NCBI GenBank assembly: GCA_015232855.1
Contig: JADFYW010000009.1
Coordinates: 4,882-68,881, forward strand
Length of the DNA: 64,000 bases
Reading direction: 5' to 3'
DNA from: Fibrobacteria bacterium
Lineage (GTDB): Bacteria; Fibrobacterota; Fibrobacteria; UBA11236; JADFYW01
Shown here: in pieces, positions 17,094-26,318 of the stretch
How the letters are laid out: each line of letters opens with the position of its first letter
How positions within the stretch are numbered: the first letter of the stretch is position 1
Made by a program: the position numbers and the translations under genes
The notes under the pieces: generated by a model
What the model saw: only the letters and a program-made list of their open reading frames with translations
What the model was told of the DNA's origin: nothing
Database searches by the model: none

Positions 17094-18982
17094 ATTCGGG
17101 CATTTGAGAATTTCTTCCGAATTTTAAAATAAGAGACCAGGCTTTCCCGGTTATCATTTTGAATATTTGTCCGCATGTTGATAAACTGGCGGGAAATAAT
17201 ATTTTTGTTTTGTTGCCACTTTCCCGTTGCAATAGCATGGTCAATATTTGTTAGTTCGAAATCAGTGAAACCGGGAGGCAGTTGCCAGCTATCATACTGT
17301 TCGATAGCTTCAAAAAAACGGGGCCCTTCACGTTCCAGAGTGGTATAGCGTACCTGACCGCCAAAAAGAGAGGGGCTTTCGAGTACAAACCCACCTTTAT
17401 CCATATCGACATAAGCCTTATTAAAATTGGCCTTATACTGAATTTTGATATAATCACTTGTTAATTTAATTACCGAAGAAGAGAGCGTATTCAGGTTGAA
17501 ATAGTCTTTGAGCATATCAGTCAAAAAGGGCTTTTTTTCTTCTTGATTCAGGTCATTTATTATGGGTAATATCCTGAACGCAGCCATACCGAAAAGTTCA
17601 ATATTACCGGACAGCTGCCATTTTACAGTGCCGGTCCCTGGCTGTATTGACGACTGCGTAATAATTTTATTAAGGAACTTGTCGCCAGCATCTATTACAG
17701 TGGTATGCGTATTTCCCGGTTTAATCAGCAGAGCTTTTTGGCCATGTATATGAAGAAAAGAGCTTGCAGGATTACCAAAATTAACCGTTGGGTCGATATA
17801 TCTTGTGAGACCTTTGGAATCTTTATAAGAAAGCAGCATATGGTTAAATGATCCGAGGCTTGGATAGTTTTCCATGAGTTGAAAATTACTTTTGGTAATG
17901 GTGAGAGCCAGATTTGTCTCTATTCCTTTTTCTCTAAGCAGCACCTTAAGCAGGGAAGACATTTCTTTGCAGTCTCCGTATCCCCGGTTAATAATCAGCT
18001 TTGCCGGACGTGGCATGATAGCATATATTTTCTTTTCATCCGCATGGTACCTGACTTTTTGCCGAAGTAACAGGAAAGCTTCTTTGATTATGGAATCCCT
18101 GTTTGAGGATTTGATATTTGCAGCGATGTCAATTATTTCCCTGGAAGGTTCAAAAGCCTGAGATATCATCCCCAGGTAATAGTCCCCCAGCTGTTTCCAG
18201 GTAAAAGAAATTTCTCCGGACGGCGGAAGACTCATATGGAGACTGGCATACCATTCTTCAGGCTTTACGAGCCTGTTGTAGTCATCTATTTTCAGAAGAT
18301 TTTTGGCAGTATATTCGTAATTTATCTCATTTTCGTCCTCTGTTATCACCGTATCTACATCAAGTTTTTCGTTATTCAAAAAACCGAATCGAATACGGTA
18401 ATTTTTAGGTACGGAAAATTTTATGCTCCGGTTAACTACATTATACATGTCCCTCATAACGACCTGGTTATAAAACTCCGGGCGAAAATAATAACGCGTT
18501 ACCACCAGACGCAGGATAAGTTTTTCCTGATATTTTGGTATATCTACATACTGCACCCATCTATTGGATTCATAAATTTCATTTTCTTTTGTCCGGAATC
18601 GTTTGATGGCCATGGGACGTGCTTGCCAGGATTTGTTATCCGGATAAAAAGCATAAAGCTGGATGGTTGGTTTATATTCAATGGTTTCATAGTCATTAAC
18701 AAAAATTCTCTCAAACAGATTGGGATTTCGCTGGGCCACATATATGTATGATATATTTCGAACGCACAGTACTTTTTTCTGCATCCTGGTACTGAAAAAG
18801 ATATGAGTTGAGTCTTTTAATTTTACAGCGGTTTCATCTTTCCATTTGGCAGGGATAGAGGCTACCAGTTTTTGCATTTCCTGATTATCTGATTTTTTTA
18901 CTGGAATTGCACAAGAAAACAACCCAAAACAAACCATATAAAACAAGAGCATATTTTTAATAAATAACTTCATAATTCGCAA
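17081..18982 (-). CDS. DUF3857 + transglutaminase-like cysteine protease-fold lipoprotein
   Basis: Lipobox (LFSC). RGYGDCKEMSSLLKVLLREKGIE is the transglutaminase core Cys, followed by FNHMLLSY..YIDPT (His and Asp). Confidence 0.65.
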   Translation of the reverse strand: MRIMKLFIKNMLLFYMVCFGLFSCAIPVKKSDNQEMQKLVASIPAKWKDETAVKLKDSTHIFFSTRMQKKVLCVRNISYIYVAQRNPNLFERIFVNDYETIEYKPTIQLYAFYPDNKSWQARPMAIKRFRTKENEIYESNRWVQYVDIPKYQEKLILRLVVTRYYFRPEFYNQVVMRDMYNVVNRSIKFSVPKNYRIRFGFLNNEKLDVDTVITEDENEINYEYTAKNLLKIDDYNRLVKPEEWYASLHMSLPPSGEISFTWKQLGDYYLGMISQAFEPSREIIDIAANIKSSNRDSIIKEAFLLLRQKVRYHADEKKIYAIMPRPAKLIINRGYGDCKEMSSLLKVLLREKGIETNLALTITKSNFQLMENYPSLGSFNHMLLSYKDSKGLTRYIDPTVNFGNPASSFLHIHGQKALLIKPGNTHTTVIDAGDKFLNKIITQSSIQPGTGTVKWQLSGNIELFGMAAFRILPIINDLNQEEKKPFLTDMLKDYFNLNTLSSSVIKLTSDYIKIQYKANFNKAYVDMDKGGFVLESPSLFGGQVRYTTLEREGPRFFEAIEQYDSWQLPPGFTDFELTNIDHAIATGKWQQNKNIISRQFINMRTNIQNDNRESLVSYFKIRKKFSNARIWKK

Positions 18983-19107
18983 TAAAAGTAATAATTTTAA
19001 TACAATAAATTGGCAAAAACAAATTTTCTAAGAAAATATTAATTCCTGAGTTATTTATTATTTTCAACCAAAGTCTCTCTCATAAAAAGGAAAAACCTCC
19101 TGGAGAA

Positions 19108-19683
19108 TTGAACTTGAATAATTCCATGCTATGGATCGGTATACTGCCTGTTATTGCTTTTCTGATTCTTGATTCGTATACCGACAAAAAGAAAGCTCTG
19201 TTAGGGGCTATAGTTCTCGGATTGGGAGAGTTTATTTTTACCCTTATTCAATTTGGTTCGATAGATTACCTCACGGTTCTAACGTTGTTATTACTTCTCG
19301 TTTTTGTTGGAATTTCTCTTAAAACCAATAATGATTTTTATTTTAAAATTCAGAGTGCAGTGGTAAATATCATTCTTGCTTTGATTTTAATCGTCAGTCA
19401 ATATCTGTTCGGAAAGTTCATTTTGTTGGATGGGTTTATTAAATACGTAGGGATTAACTTTTTTGCAAAGTATAATCCTGCCATAACAAAAGAAATCACT
19501 ATTCAGTTGCTGGAGGCACTTAATACCCAGCTTCCCTGGTGGCTTTTCATTCATTCAGCCTTAACGATATATGCTGCCGCTAAATGGAATAAATGGTTGT
19601 GGGCAATTATCCGCATTCCGGGATTATATATATTTCTATTTTTCGTTATGAAAAATATTGCAGCGGGTATTTTACCGAAGTAG
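19108..19683 (+). CDS. Polytopic inner-membrane protein, YciB/IspZ (intracellular septation protein A)-like
   Basis: About five predicted TM helices. The central segment NNDFYFKIQSAVVNIILALILIVSQYLFGK resembles E. coli YciB [27 protein letters not shown]. The start is uncertain (TTG at 19108 or ATG at 19126). Confidence 0.4.
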   Translation: MNLNNSMLWIGILPVIAFLILDSYTDKKKALLGAIVLGLGEFIFTLIQFGSIDYLTVLTLLLLLVFVGISLKTNNDFYFKIQSAVVNIILALILIVSQYLFGKFILLDGFIKYVGINFFAKYNPAITKEITIQLLEALNTQLPWWLFIHSALTIYAAAKWNKWLWAIIRIPGLYIFLFFVMKNIAAGILPK

Positions 19684-19699
19684 CTTTGAAGAGTATATC

Positions 19700-21436
19700 A
19701 TGGATAAAACAAAAAAGTATTATGATGAAGAAATGCGCTATCTTGAAAAAGAAGGCGCGCGTTTTGCTGAGGCTTTCCCAGAAAGCGCTGCCCGGCTGCA
19801 CTTAAATTCTCCTGGAGACCGGGACCCTGATGTAGAACGATTACTGGAAGGTTTTGCCTTCCTTACCGGGCGCATAAGGGAGCAACTCGATGATGACTTT
19901 TCAGATGTTGCCGCAAATATGCTGGAACATACTGCTCCGGAATTTCTCCGACAGGTTCCATCTCTTGCTATGCTTCAATTTCAGCCTCGTCCGGGTATGC
20001 TACACAAAAGCTACACTATTCCCCGGCATACGGTTGTTCTTTCAAATCCTACTGGAAAGGAACTGCGAACTTGCCGATTTCAAACGACTCGTGAAGTAAC
20101 CGTGCACCCACTATCCCTTGTTCATGCCGGAAAGACCCATCATTCTGAAAAAGGAACGGGAATAGTACTTACTTTTTTGTGTGAAGCAGAATCAGGAAAC
20201 GCCTTGTTTGAAACAGATTTGTTGCCACTATTTATCCATGCAGAACGTTCCATTTCCTGGCGCCTCCATTATCTGTTAAACCGGATGGTCAAAGAGGTAG
20301 AGATTCAAACAGAAACATCAGATATTCCCTTAACCGGAAAGGCAAGACCTGCTTTTTTTGGTGCAGGATATTCTGAGAGTGAACGCTTATTTCCCAATAC
20401 TCCCAACAGCCCCGAAAACAGCCGTCTGTTGCACGAATTTTTCTCTTTTGAAGAAAAATTCAGATTCCTGGAAATGAAGGGTTGGTGTCATTTGAGGGGT
20501 AAACTGGTCAAAAATAAAATCAGTCTTTGTTTTTATTTCAGTGATGCTGCAGCCTCTCTTCTTGAGAACACACCAGTGCAGACGGATATGTTTAAGCTGT
20601 ATACGACGCCAGTAATTAATGTTTATGAAAGTCAGGCTGAACCTGTTCGGCATGACCATTCCCGGTTTGAATATCCGGTCATCGCAAAAGCAGGATATCC
20701 CGATGAAGTATATGCTATTAAAGAGGTAAAGAGCATTAACCCTCAGTCGGGTAAGGAGATAAACTATCGAAAAATGTATGCGCCCGGGAGTCGGGTGCCA
20801 GCGGAAAAAAATAGTGATACTTACTATACTGTGCGACGGGAGCATATAAAAGACAGCGGTTATCAGTCGTTTGTCTCGCTCAATGGCGGACATCCGGAAG
20901 AGGAACTGATATCTTTTGGTATTTACACGACTAATGCGGACTTTCCCCGGGAAAATATTAATGAGGGAGATATTTGTAATCCGGTGTCTGGGTTTCCCGA
21001 CTTTATTCGCTTTGAGAACATAACGCGCCCGACGGCAACCTGCTATCCCCCTAAACCTTCCGGCTACTTATGGAGTTTAATTGCGCACTTTCGCATGAAC
21101 CTTAAAACATTATGTCAAAAAGAAAATTTTTGTAATGTCCTTCAATTATATGATTGGGCCCATTCAAATTCTGTGAAGCGCATTAACCAAAAGCTGACAG
21201 GCCTTTCCCTGGCTTCAGATACTTTCTTTCTTAAGGGTCAGTTGTTACGAGGAGCACGTATTTCTATTACGCTACAAGATAATGCCTTTGAGGATGCTGG
21301 TGAATTGAATGTGTTGGGTGAGGTTTTGCATCGGTTTTTTTCTGGATATGCGTCTATTAATTGCGCTATTGCTCTTGATATCAAATTGGAGCCATCCGGC
21401 GATCTTCATTCCTGGTTACCAGAGGAGAATGGGTGA
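19700..21436 (+). CDS. tssF: Type VI secretion system baseplate subunit TssF (ImpG/VasA family)
   Basis: The N-terminus is canonical for TssF: YYDEEMRYLEKEGARFAEAFPESAARLHL....DPDVERLLEGFAFLTGRIREQLDDDFSDV..L..T.PEFLRQVPS. At about 578 aa the size fits. I chose the ATG at 19700 over the track start at 19658, which overlaps the upstream gene. Confidence 0.85.
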   Translation: MDKTKKYYDEEMRYLEKEGARFAEAFPESAARLHLNSPGDRDPDVERLLEGFAFLTGRIREQLDDDFSDVAANMLEHTAPEFLRQVPSLAMLQFQPRPGMLHKSYTIPRHTVVLSNPTGKELRTCRFQTTREVTVHPLSLVHAGKTHHSEKGTGIVLTFLCEAESGNALFETDLLPLFIHAERSISWRLHYLLNRMVKEVEIQTETSDIPLTGKARPAFFGAGYSESERLFPNTPNSPENSRLLHEFFSFEEKFRFLEMKGWCHLRGKLVKNKISLCFYFSDAAASLLENTPVQTDMFKLYTTPVINVYESQAEPVRHDHSRFEYPVIAKAGYPDEVYAIKEVKSINPQSGKEINYRKMYAPGSRVPAEKNSDTYYTVRREHIKDSGYQSFVSLNGGHPEEELISFGIYTTNADFPRENINEGDICNPVSGFPDFIRFENITRPTATCYPPKPSGYLWSLIAHFRMNLKTLCQKENFCNVLQLYDWAHSNSVKRINQKLTGLSLASDTFFLKGQLLRGARISITLQDNAFEDAGELNVLGEVLHRFFSGYASINCAIALDIKLEPSGDLHSWLPEENG

Positions 21437-22404
21437 GGCTTTCGGTAAAAAAGAGACTTTTTTCTCAGGGATGGGAGTTTAGTTTTTTCCAGGCAGTAGC
21501 ACTGCTTGAACATTTTTATGGTGATATTCAAAAGCCCGATAGCCCTGTGCGTTTTTCCACGAGCCCCTCAATTGCTTTTCCGTCTTCTGATATATCAGCT
21601 ATAGAACAGCACCGGGAATGCATCCGGCTTATTTCGGATTTTTCTGGTCTTTATGGGGTATCTTCTCCTTTGCCCTCTTATTTTACTACTCCCGTATGCC
21701 AGAACAATAAAACGGGACAGATGCTCCGGGCTTTTTATGACCTCTTTAGCCACCGTCTCTATCAGCTACTCTATCTTGCCTGGAAAAAAGGCCGGATTTT
21801 TCCTATGCGTAATGGACACGCCGATATGGTGTCCTCCTCTTTATATGCACTTTCGGGCCGGGGTCTCAGACTTAAGCAAAATGGAGAGAGCCAATCTTCA
21901 CCTATGAGTGAATGGAATCAAATTTTTTTCACAGGATTTTATTTTCAGCGTAATGGCTCTGCTCAAAACCTTGCAAAATTAATTTCTTTGGTATTCGATC
22001 TTCCCCGGGTTTCGATTTCCCAATTTACATCCAGATGGATACAAAATCCCAGACGGATGAGATTAGGGGATATCTCCGGAAAGCTTGGACAAGGATATTT
22101 TCTTGGCGAGAGAATTAAAGACAACACAGGTGCTTTTACCATTATCATTGGACCGTTGGATTATGCCCAGGCAAAAGGATTCTTGCCGCAACAAGCATCG
22201 TCAACTATGCGTTCCCGATACCGTGAACTGTTAGAATTGGTTGATGGGTTTTTGCAAGAGCCCCTTGACTATAGCATAACTTTTCTCCTGGATCTGGAAA
22301 AAGCACCAAGACCTGTATTGGGTGCAGATTCTACCTTATTGGGCCAGACTGCCTGGTTGGGAAAACCAACGGGCAAAACAATGAAAGTAGAAATTAAGCG
22401 CTAA
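21433..22404 (+). CDS. tssG: Type VI secretion system baseplate subunit TssG (ImpH/VasB family)
   Basis: The GTG start overlaps the tssF stop (GTGA). FSFFQAVALLEH, VRFSTSPSIAFPSSDI, SPLPSYF and FYDLFSHRLYQLLYLAWKK match TssG hallmarks. 323 aa. Confidence 0.8.
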   Translation: MRLSVKKRLFSQGWEFSFFQAVALLEHFYGDIQKPDSPVRFSTSPSIAFPSSDISAIEQHRECIRLISDFSGLYGVSSPLPSYFTTPVCQNNKTGQMLRAFYDLFSHRLYQLLYLAWKKGRIFPMRNGHADMVSSSLYALSGRGLRLKQNGESQSSPMSEWNQIFFTGFYFQRNGSAQNLAKLISLVFDLPRVSISQFTSRWIQNPRRMRLGDISGKLGQGYFLGERIKDNTGAFTIIIGPLDYAQAKGFLPQQASSTMRSRYRELLELVDGFLQEPLDYSITFLLDLEKAPRPVLGADSTLLGQTAWLGKPTGKTMKVEIKR

Positions 22405-22489
22405 ACCCCCCTTTTTAACCTAAAAATAACTTATGATTTTATATACTAGTTAACTTGCCAGTCAGGAATTTTTCAAAATACTTAAAAAA

Positions 22490-22567
22490 GTTCATTCCGA
22501 CTTGTTCGGAATCAAGCATTTTTAAGTATTTTGTCCATTTAGCAGATTCCGGGCAAGCCGGAATGAC
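22490..22567. repeat. Palindromic intergenic element (GTTCATTCCGACTTGTTCGGAATC ... GATTCCGGGCAAGCCGGAATGAC)
   Basis: Inverted 23-24-nt arms. There is also a flanking AAAATACTTAAAAA / TTTTTAAGTATTTT inverted pair. Confidence 0.65.
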
Positions 22568-22626
22568 AGAATTTAGAGAACTCCTTACTCTCGAGTAATT
22601 AAATCTGAAACAAATAAATTGAATAT

Positions 22627-23733
22627 ATGCTCAACTACATTTCACTAGCTCTGTCTCTTTTTTATGCAGGAACATTATTTTATCTGATTATTGGTGCGGT
22701 CAGGCTGTACCGAAAACACTCAACAAGCAGAAAAAAACCTTTTATTTCGATTATTGTGCCATTGCGAAATGAAGGAAAGGGAGCTCAGGCCACTTTGGAT
22801 GCTTTAGCTGTTCAGGACTACAAAGGGGAATGGGAAGTGATTTGCGTAAATGATCGCTCCACAGATAAGACTGGCGCAATTCTTAAACAAATGGCCAAAG
22901 TAGATAACCATTTTAAAATTATAGAAATTGGCCAGGACGAACCTCATGTGACCTCTCCCAAAAAACGGGCCCTGCAACGGGGCTTTGACAATGCTTCCGG
23001 CGAAATATTTATCACAACGGATGGCGATTGCGTTCCCCAGCCGGGCTGGCTCACTTCCATGGCAAAAAACTTTACTGCGCCCATTGGTATTGTCCAGGGT
23101 TCTAAACGCATTGCCCGGGCTGATAACCTGCTTACCAAATTTCAGGAGATAGAAACTCTTGCCTATGTAAGCGTAGAAGCTGCTTCGTTTGCTCTGGGAA
23201 AGCCCATGCTTGCCAGTGCTCCTTCCCTGGCGTATCGGAGGACTCTCTATGAAGAGGCGGGTGGTTTTGATGGTATGGAGCATCTGGTGTCAGGGGATGA
23301 TGATATGCTGGTACACAAGATGCAGCAATCGGGGAATTACGAAGTAAGATACAATGTTGACCCTGAGGCTTGCGTACGTACCCAGCCGGCGAATACCTGG
23401 AAGGAAATGCTTCTGCAGCGTGCCCGGTGGGCCAGCAACGGCCTGCATTATGAGAGCCGGTGGTTTGTGCTGTTTCTGATATGTCTTTTTTCGTATTATG
23501 TAATGGTTGTTGCAGGTCCTTTTCTGGTAATCACCGGGTTGTTACGATGGGAGCTTTTTGTATTTTCTTTGGCTGTAAAATTTATTCTGGATCATATATT
23601 TGTTTTTCGCATCACCAAAAAACTATTTGGTCGCAGAGCTCTTTTGAATCTCTGGTGGGCGGAATTTTTACATTATCCTATTATTGTATTTTCGGTTATT
23701 ACCGGCCATCTTGGCTTGTATAAGTGGAAATAA
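22627..23733 (+). CDS. Family-2 glycosyltransferase, membrane-bound, processive type (QxxRW)
   Basis: N-terminal TM, SIIVPLRNE, TDGDC, GDDDML and QRARW, followed by about three C-terminal TM helices. Confidence 0.75.
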   Translation: MLNYISLALSLFYAGTLFYLIIGAVRLYRKHSTSRKKPFISIIVPLRNEGKGAQATLDALAVQDYKGEWEVICVNDRSTDKTGAILKQMAKVDNHFKIIEIGQDEPHVTSPKKRALQRGFDNASGEIFITTDGDCVPQPGWLTSMAKNFTAPIGIVQGSKRIARADNLLTKFQEIETLAYVSVEAASFALGKPMLASAPSLAYRRTLYEEAGGFDGMEHLVSGDDDMLVHKMQQSGNYEVRYNVDPEACVRTQPANTWKEMLLQRARWASNGLHYESRWFVLFLICLFSYYVMVVAGPFLVITGLLRWELFVFSLAVKFILDHIFVFRITKKLFGRRALLNLWWAEFLHYPIIVFSVITGHLGLYKWK

Positions 23734-23830
23734 TAGACCTTTGAAAAGGTCTTAAAAACATTTAATAAAAATTACACCCAAAGGGCATAAGTTTCATTGA
23801 AGCGGTGCTAATGCACCTCTTAATTCAGCT

Positions 23831-26281
23831 TTATTTATTTCTACGTCGTTGCAAGTCTGTCTGGCTGCTTTCGAGTTTGATATCAGGTATATCTATAACC
23901 GAGATATTAAAACGCCAGCCCTTGCCGATACCCACAGGGGTCCAGCTGAAGTTCATGCGCCAGCAATGAAGGACACGGTTGAATACCATGGAGTGCTTCG
24001 AAAACTTACCTTCCTTGAAATCATAAGCCGTGTTGTAGGAAAACTCCCACTTGGGAGTGGGATTAAGTTTGAGACCACCGGAGAATGAATGCGTGAGGTT
24101 TTTTTGAAAAATAGTTTCACTTTTTCGGGTTGCGCTGTAGTTGAACCCATAACTCATATCCGCCGACCAGGGTCTGGTTTGAAACTGCCTGTTTGATTTA
24201 GTTTTGATGTCTTCTTTTAACATGCCCGAATTAAAGTCTCCGGAGAAGCTAAAATTTTTACGCCAGCTGAAATTGTAAGACATCAGTTTGGGGAAAATAA
24301 TATCATTTTTCCGAGGGGCAGTGACGAAGTCATTATAAAGCCGATGAGTCAAATTAATGTTAAGGGGAATGTGCTTCACAATTTCAGAGCTTACATTGGA
24401 ACTGATATCAGAGAATTTTCGGTCTTCTGCTTCAAAATTATAGTTGAGGCTACTACTGGTGGAAAATATCTTGTAGCTGACAGACTTTGTCTTCTCCCCT
24501 GATGTATCTTTGGGTATGAGCTTAATATCAACAATATTGGAAATACCCATGTTTATGGTTTTTTGTTTTATCTGGCTTCTGGATCCCCCCAGAGTAGGAT
24601 GGGGTACATAGGTTTTGTTTTCAGGAATTTTAGGTGCCCAGGTAAATCCTAAAGTAGGAGATACCACATGGCGTATTTTTTCCCACCGTCCCAGTCGGGG
24701 CTCTGCGATACCATAAAGCTTGGTGTTGGCGCTTACTCCTGACTGAAATGTATACACATTATCGCCCATACGAAATTCAGATGGCTGAAAATCAGCTTTT
24801 GGGGATCCGTCTTTACCTATACTGGAATGCAGGTTCCAGTTATGTTGGAAATTTGCTGAGGGTGTTACATTAATATGTTGAAGTACGGGGTAATTAAGTT
24901 GCATGCTTAGTTTATTACTGGCACCAACAGAAGTCATAGAATCACCTGCAGCGCCAGAGGTTGCGGCCGGGTTGTTTTTAGTGTACACACTAAAATCACC
25001 ACCATAGTTATAAGTAATTTTGCGATATAGGGGTATTTCCTCTTCTTCTAAGTCCTGGTTGGCCCAGTAGTCGTCTTCTTCATAGGGAAATAATGGCGCC
25101 GTGAAAGCAAAACTGGCTTTGGGCAATTCCCATATTCGCTTTCCGGAGGTAAGGTTGTAATCCTGCATGGTACTAATATTCACCCGGGCGCGGTTCCAGT
25201 CTAGTGTATTCGTATAACCAAGCCTTGCGTTGGCTGTTTGTTCCAGGGCCTCTTTCTCGTCTAATGCCTCATCTAATATCTTGCTGTTTGAAACAAAGGT
25301 GCCATTTCCTGTTAATTTCTGTATGCCGTCGGGGGTGAGGTTCTGATCATGAGAGAAGTTTACTTTCCAGCCGGAGTTTCCCGGGTTGAATTCGCTCATA
25401 TAGGCATCACCACCCAGGGAACCCGTGAGTACTCCCCGCTTGTTGTATCTATACAAGCCCCTCAGGTTAGTTTTGTCAAAGGTGCCGTTTGCCCCTTCTA
25501 TTAAATCACCAGTCATTTGGTAATCCATAAAATCATTCATACTCCAGTAATAGCCGATATCCCGCATATAAAAACCCTGGGCCTGGTCGCCGCCCCATTT
25601 TGGCCTGGTAAAACCTGATCGCCGTCCCTTACCCAGTGGCACCACCAGCATAGGGGCAACAGCCACAGGTACACCGCTGATATTCATCACCACTGGCCTC
25701 GCCAGCACTTTTTTGCCTGGTTCAAGTACCATACGCCTGCTGTAAAAAAAGAAGTGCTGGTCTTCCAAATTATCACAGGTAGAAAAGTCACCACGTGATA
25801 TGAAAATAGCACCGGATTTCTGTTTGCGCACTTCCATACCATTAAACATCTGTTTGTCCCGTCTGGTGGTTCCATAATAAATCTCGCCAACTTCACGTTT
25901 GTGGTTATACCGGAGACGGTATCCAAGTATTTCGGGCTGGGTATTTTCACGTATCCTGGGAGTGCCAAAGGCTTCCACCATTTCGTTTTTATTGTCCAGA
26001 AAAATAGTGTCGGAATGAAGTGTCGCACCTTTATAGGTAAGTATTGCCTTATCAAACAAAGAAAATTTTTCTTTTTGAGCATTAAAAGAAAAGAAATCAC
26101 TTTCCCAGGAAATAGTATCGCCTGCAATAACAGAAGCTGAATCTGCTGTTGAATCTACACTGGAAGCGGTGGTATCTGTAATCGTATCTGAGAGTGCCAG
26201 CTTAAACAGTTCTTCTGCAGCTGAAAAGGAGACAAAAAACAGGACGGAAATGAGAAAAAACCGTATGGGAAAAAAATTCAT
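23831..26281 (-). CDS. lptD: LptD/OstA-like outer-membrane LPS-assembly protein
   Basis: 816 aa with a signal peptide. The N-terminal segment is OstA-like (FSLFDKAILTYKGATLHSDTIFLDNKNEMVEAFGTPRI). The long C-terminal region is rich in beta-strands and aromatic residues. Confidence 0.55.
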   Translation of the reverse strand: MNFFPIRFFLISVLFFVSFSAAEELFKLALSDTITDTTASSVDSTADSASVIAGDTISWESDFFSFNAQKEKFSLFDKAILTYKGATLHSDTIFLDNKNEMVEAFGTPRIRENTQPEILGYRLRYNHKREVGEIYYGTTRRDKQMFNGMEVRKQKSGAIFISRGDFSTCDNLEDQHFFFYSRRMVLEPGKKVLARPVVMNISGVPVAVAPMLVVPLGKGRRSGFTRPKWGGDQAQGFYMRDIGYYWSMNDFMDYQMTGDLIEGANGTFDKTNLRGLYRYNKRGVLTGSLGGDAYMSEFNPGNSGWKVNFSHDQNLTPDGIQKLTGNGTFVSNSKILDEALDEKEALEQTANARLGYTNTLDWNRARVNISTMQDYNLTSGKRIWELPKASFAFTAPLFPYEEDDYWANQDLEEEEIPLYRKITYNYGGDFSVYTKNNPAATSGAAGDSMTSVGASNKLSMQLNYPVLQHINVTPSANFQHNWNLHSSIGKDGSPKADFQPSEFRMGDNVYTFQSGVSANTKLYGIAEPRLGRWEKIRHVVSPTLGFTWAPKIPENKTYVPHPTLGGSRSQIKQKTINMGISNIVDIKLIPKDTSGEKTKSVSYKIFSTSSSLNYNFEAEDRKFSDISSNVSSEIVKHIPLNINLTHRLYNDFVTAPRKNDIIFPKLMSYNFSWRKNFSFSGDFNSGMLKEDIKTKSNRQFQTRPWSADMSYGFNYSATRKSETIFQKNLTHSFSGGLKLNPTPKWEFSYNTAYDFKEGKFSKHSMVFNRVLHCWRMNFSWTPVGIGKGWRFNISVIDIPDIKLESSQTDLQRRRNK

Positions 26282-26318
26282 ACGGGTAAAAGTAAAAAAC
26301 TAAATCACCGGATGTAAC

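Noticed and set aside
19658-19699. N-terminal extension of the tssF ORF (MQRVFYRSSFEEYI) overlapping the upstream membrane-protein gene; likewise 2449..2487 for the first dehydrogenase paralog
   Set aside because: Family N-termini and signal peptides begin at the internal ATGs (19700 and 2488). The extensions overlap upstream coding sequence.
20387-20893. 168-aa minus-strand ORF
   Set aside because: It is antisense to the well-supported tssF and has no recognisable motifs.
22804-23283. 159-aa minus-strand ORF and other antisense ORFs of similar kind (18236..18751, 25687..26127, 11733..12107, 8643..9014, 52975..53340)
   Set aside because: Each lies within or against a longer ORF with clear family motifs, and none has motifs of its own.
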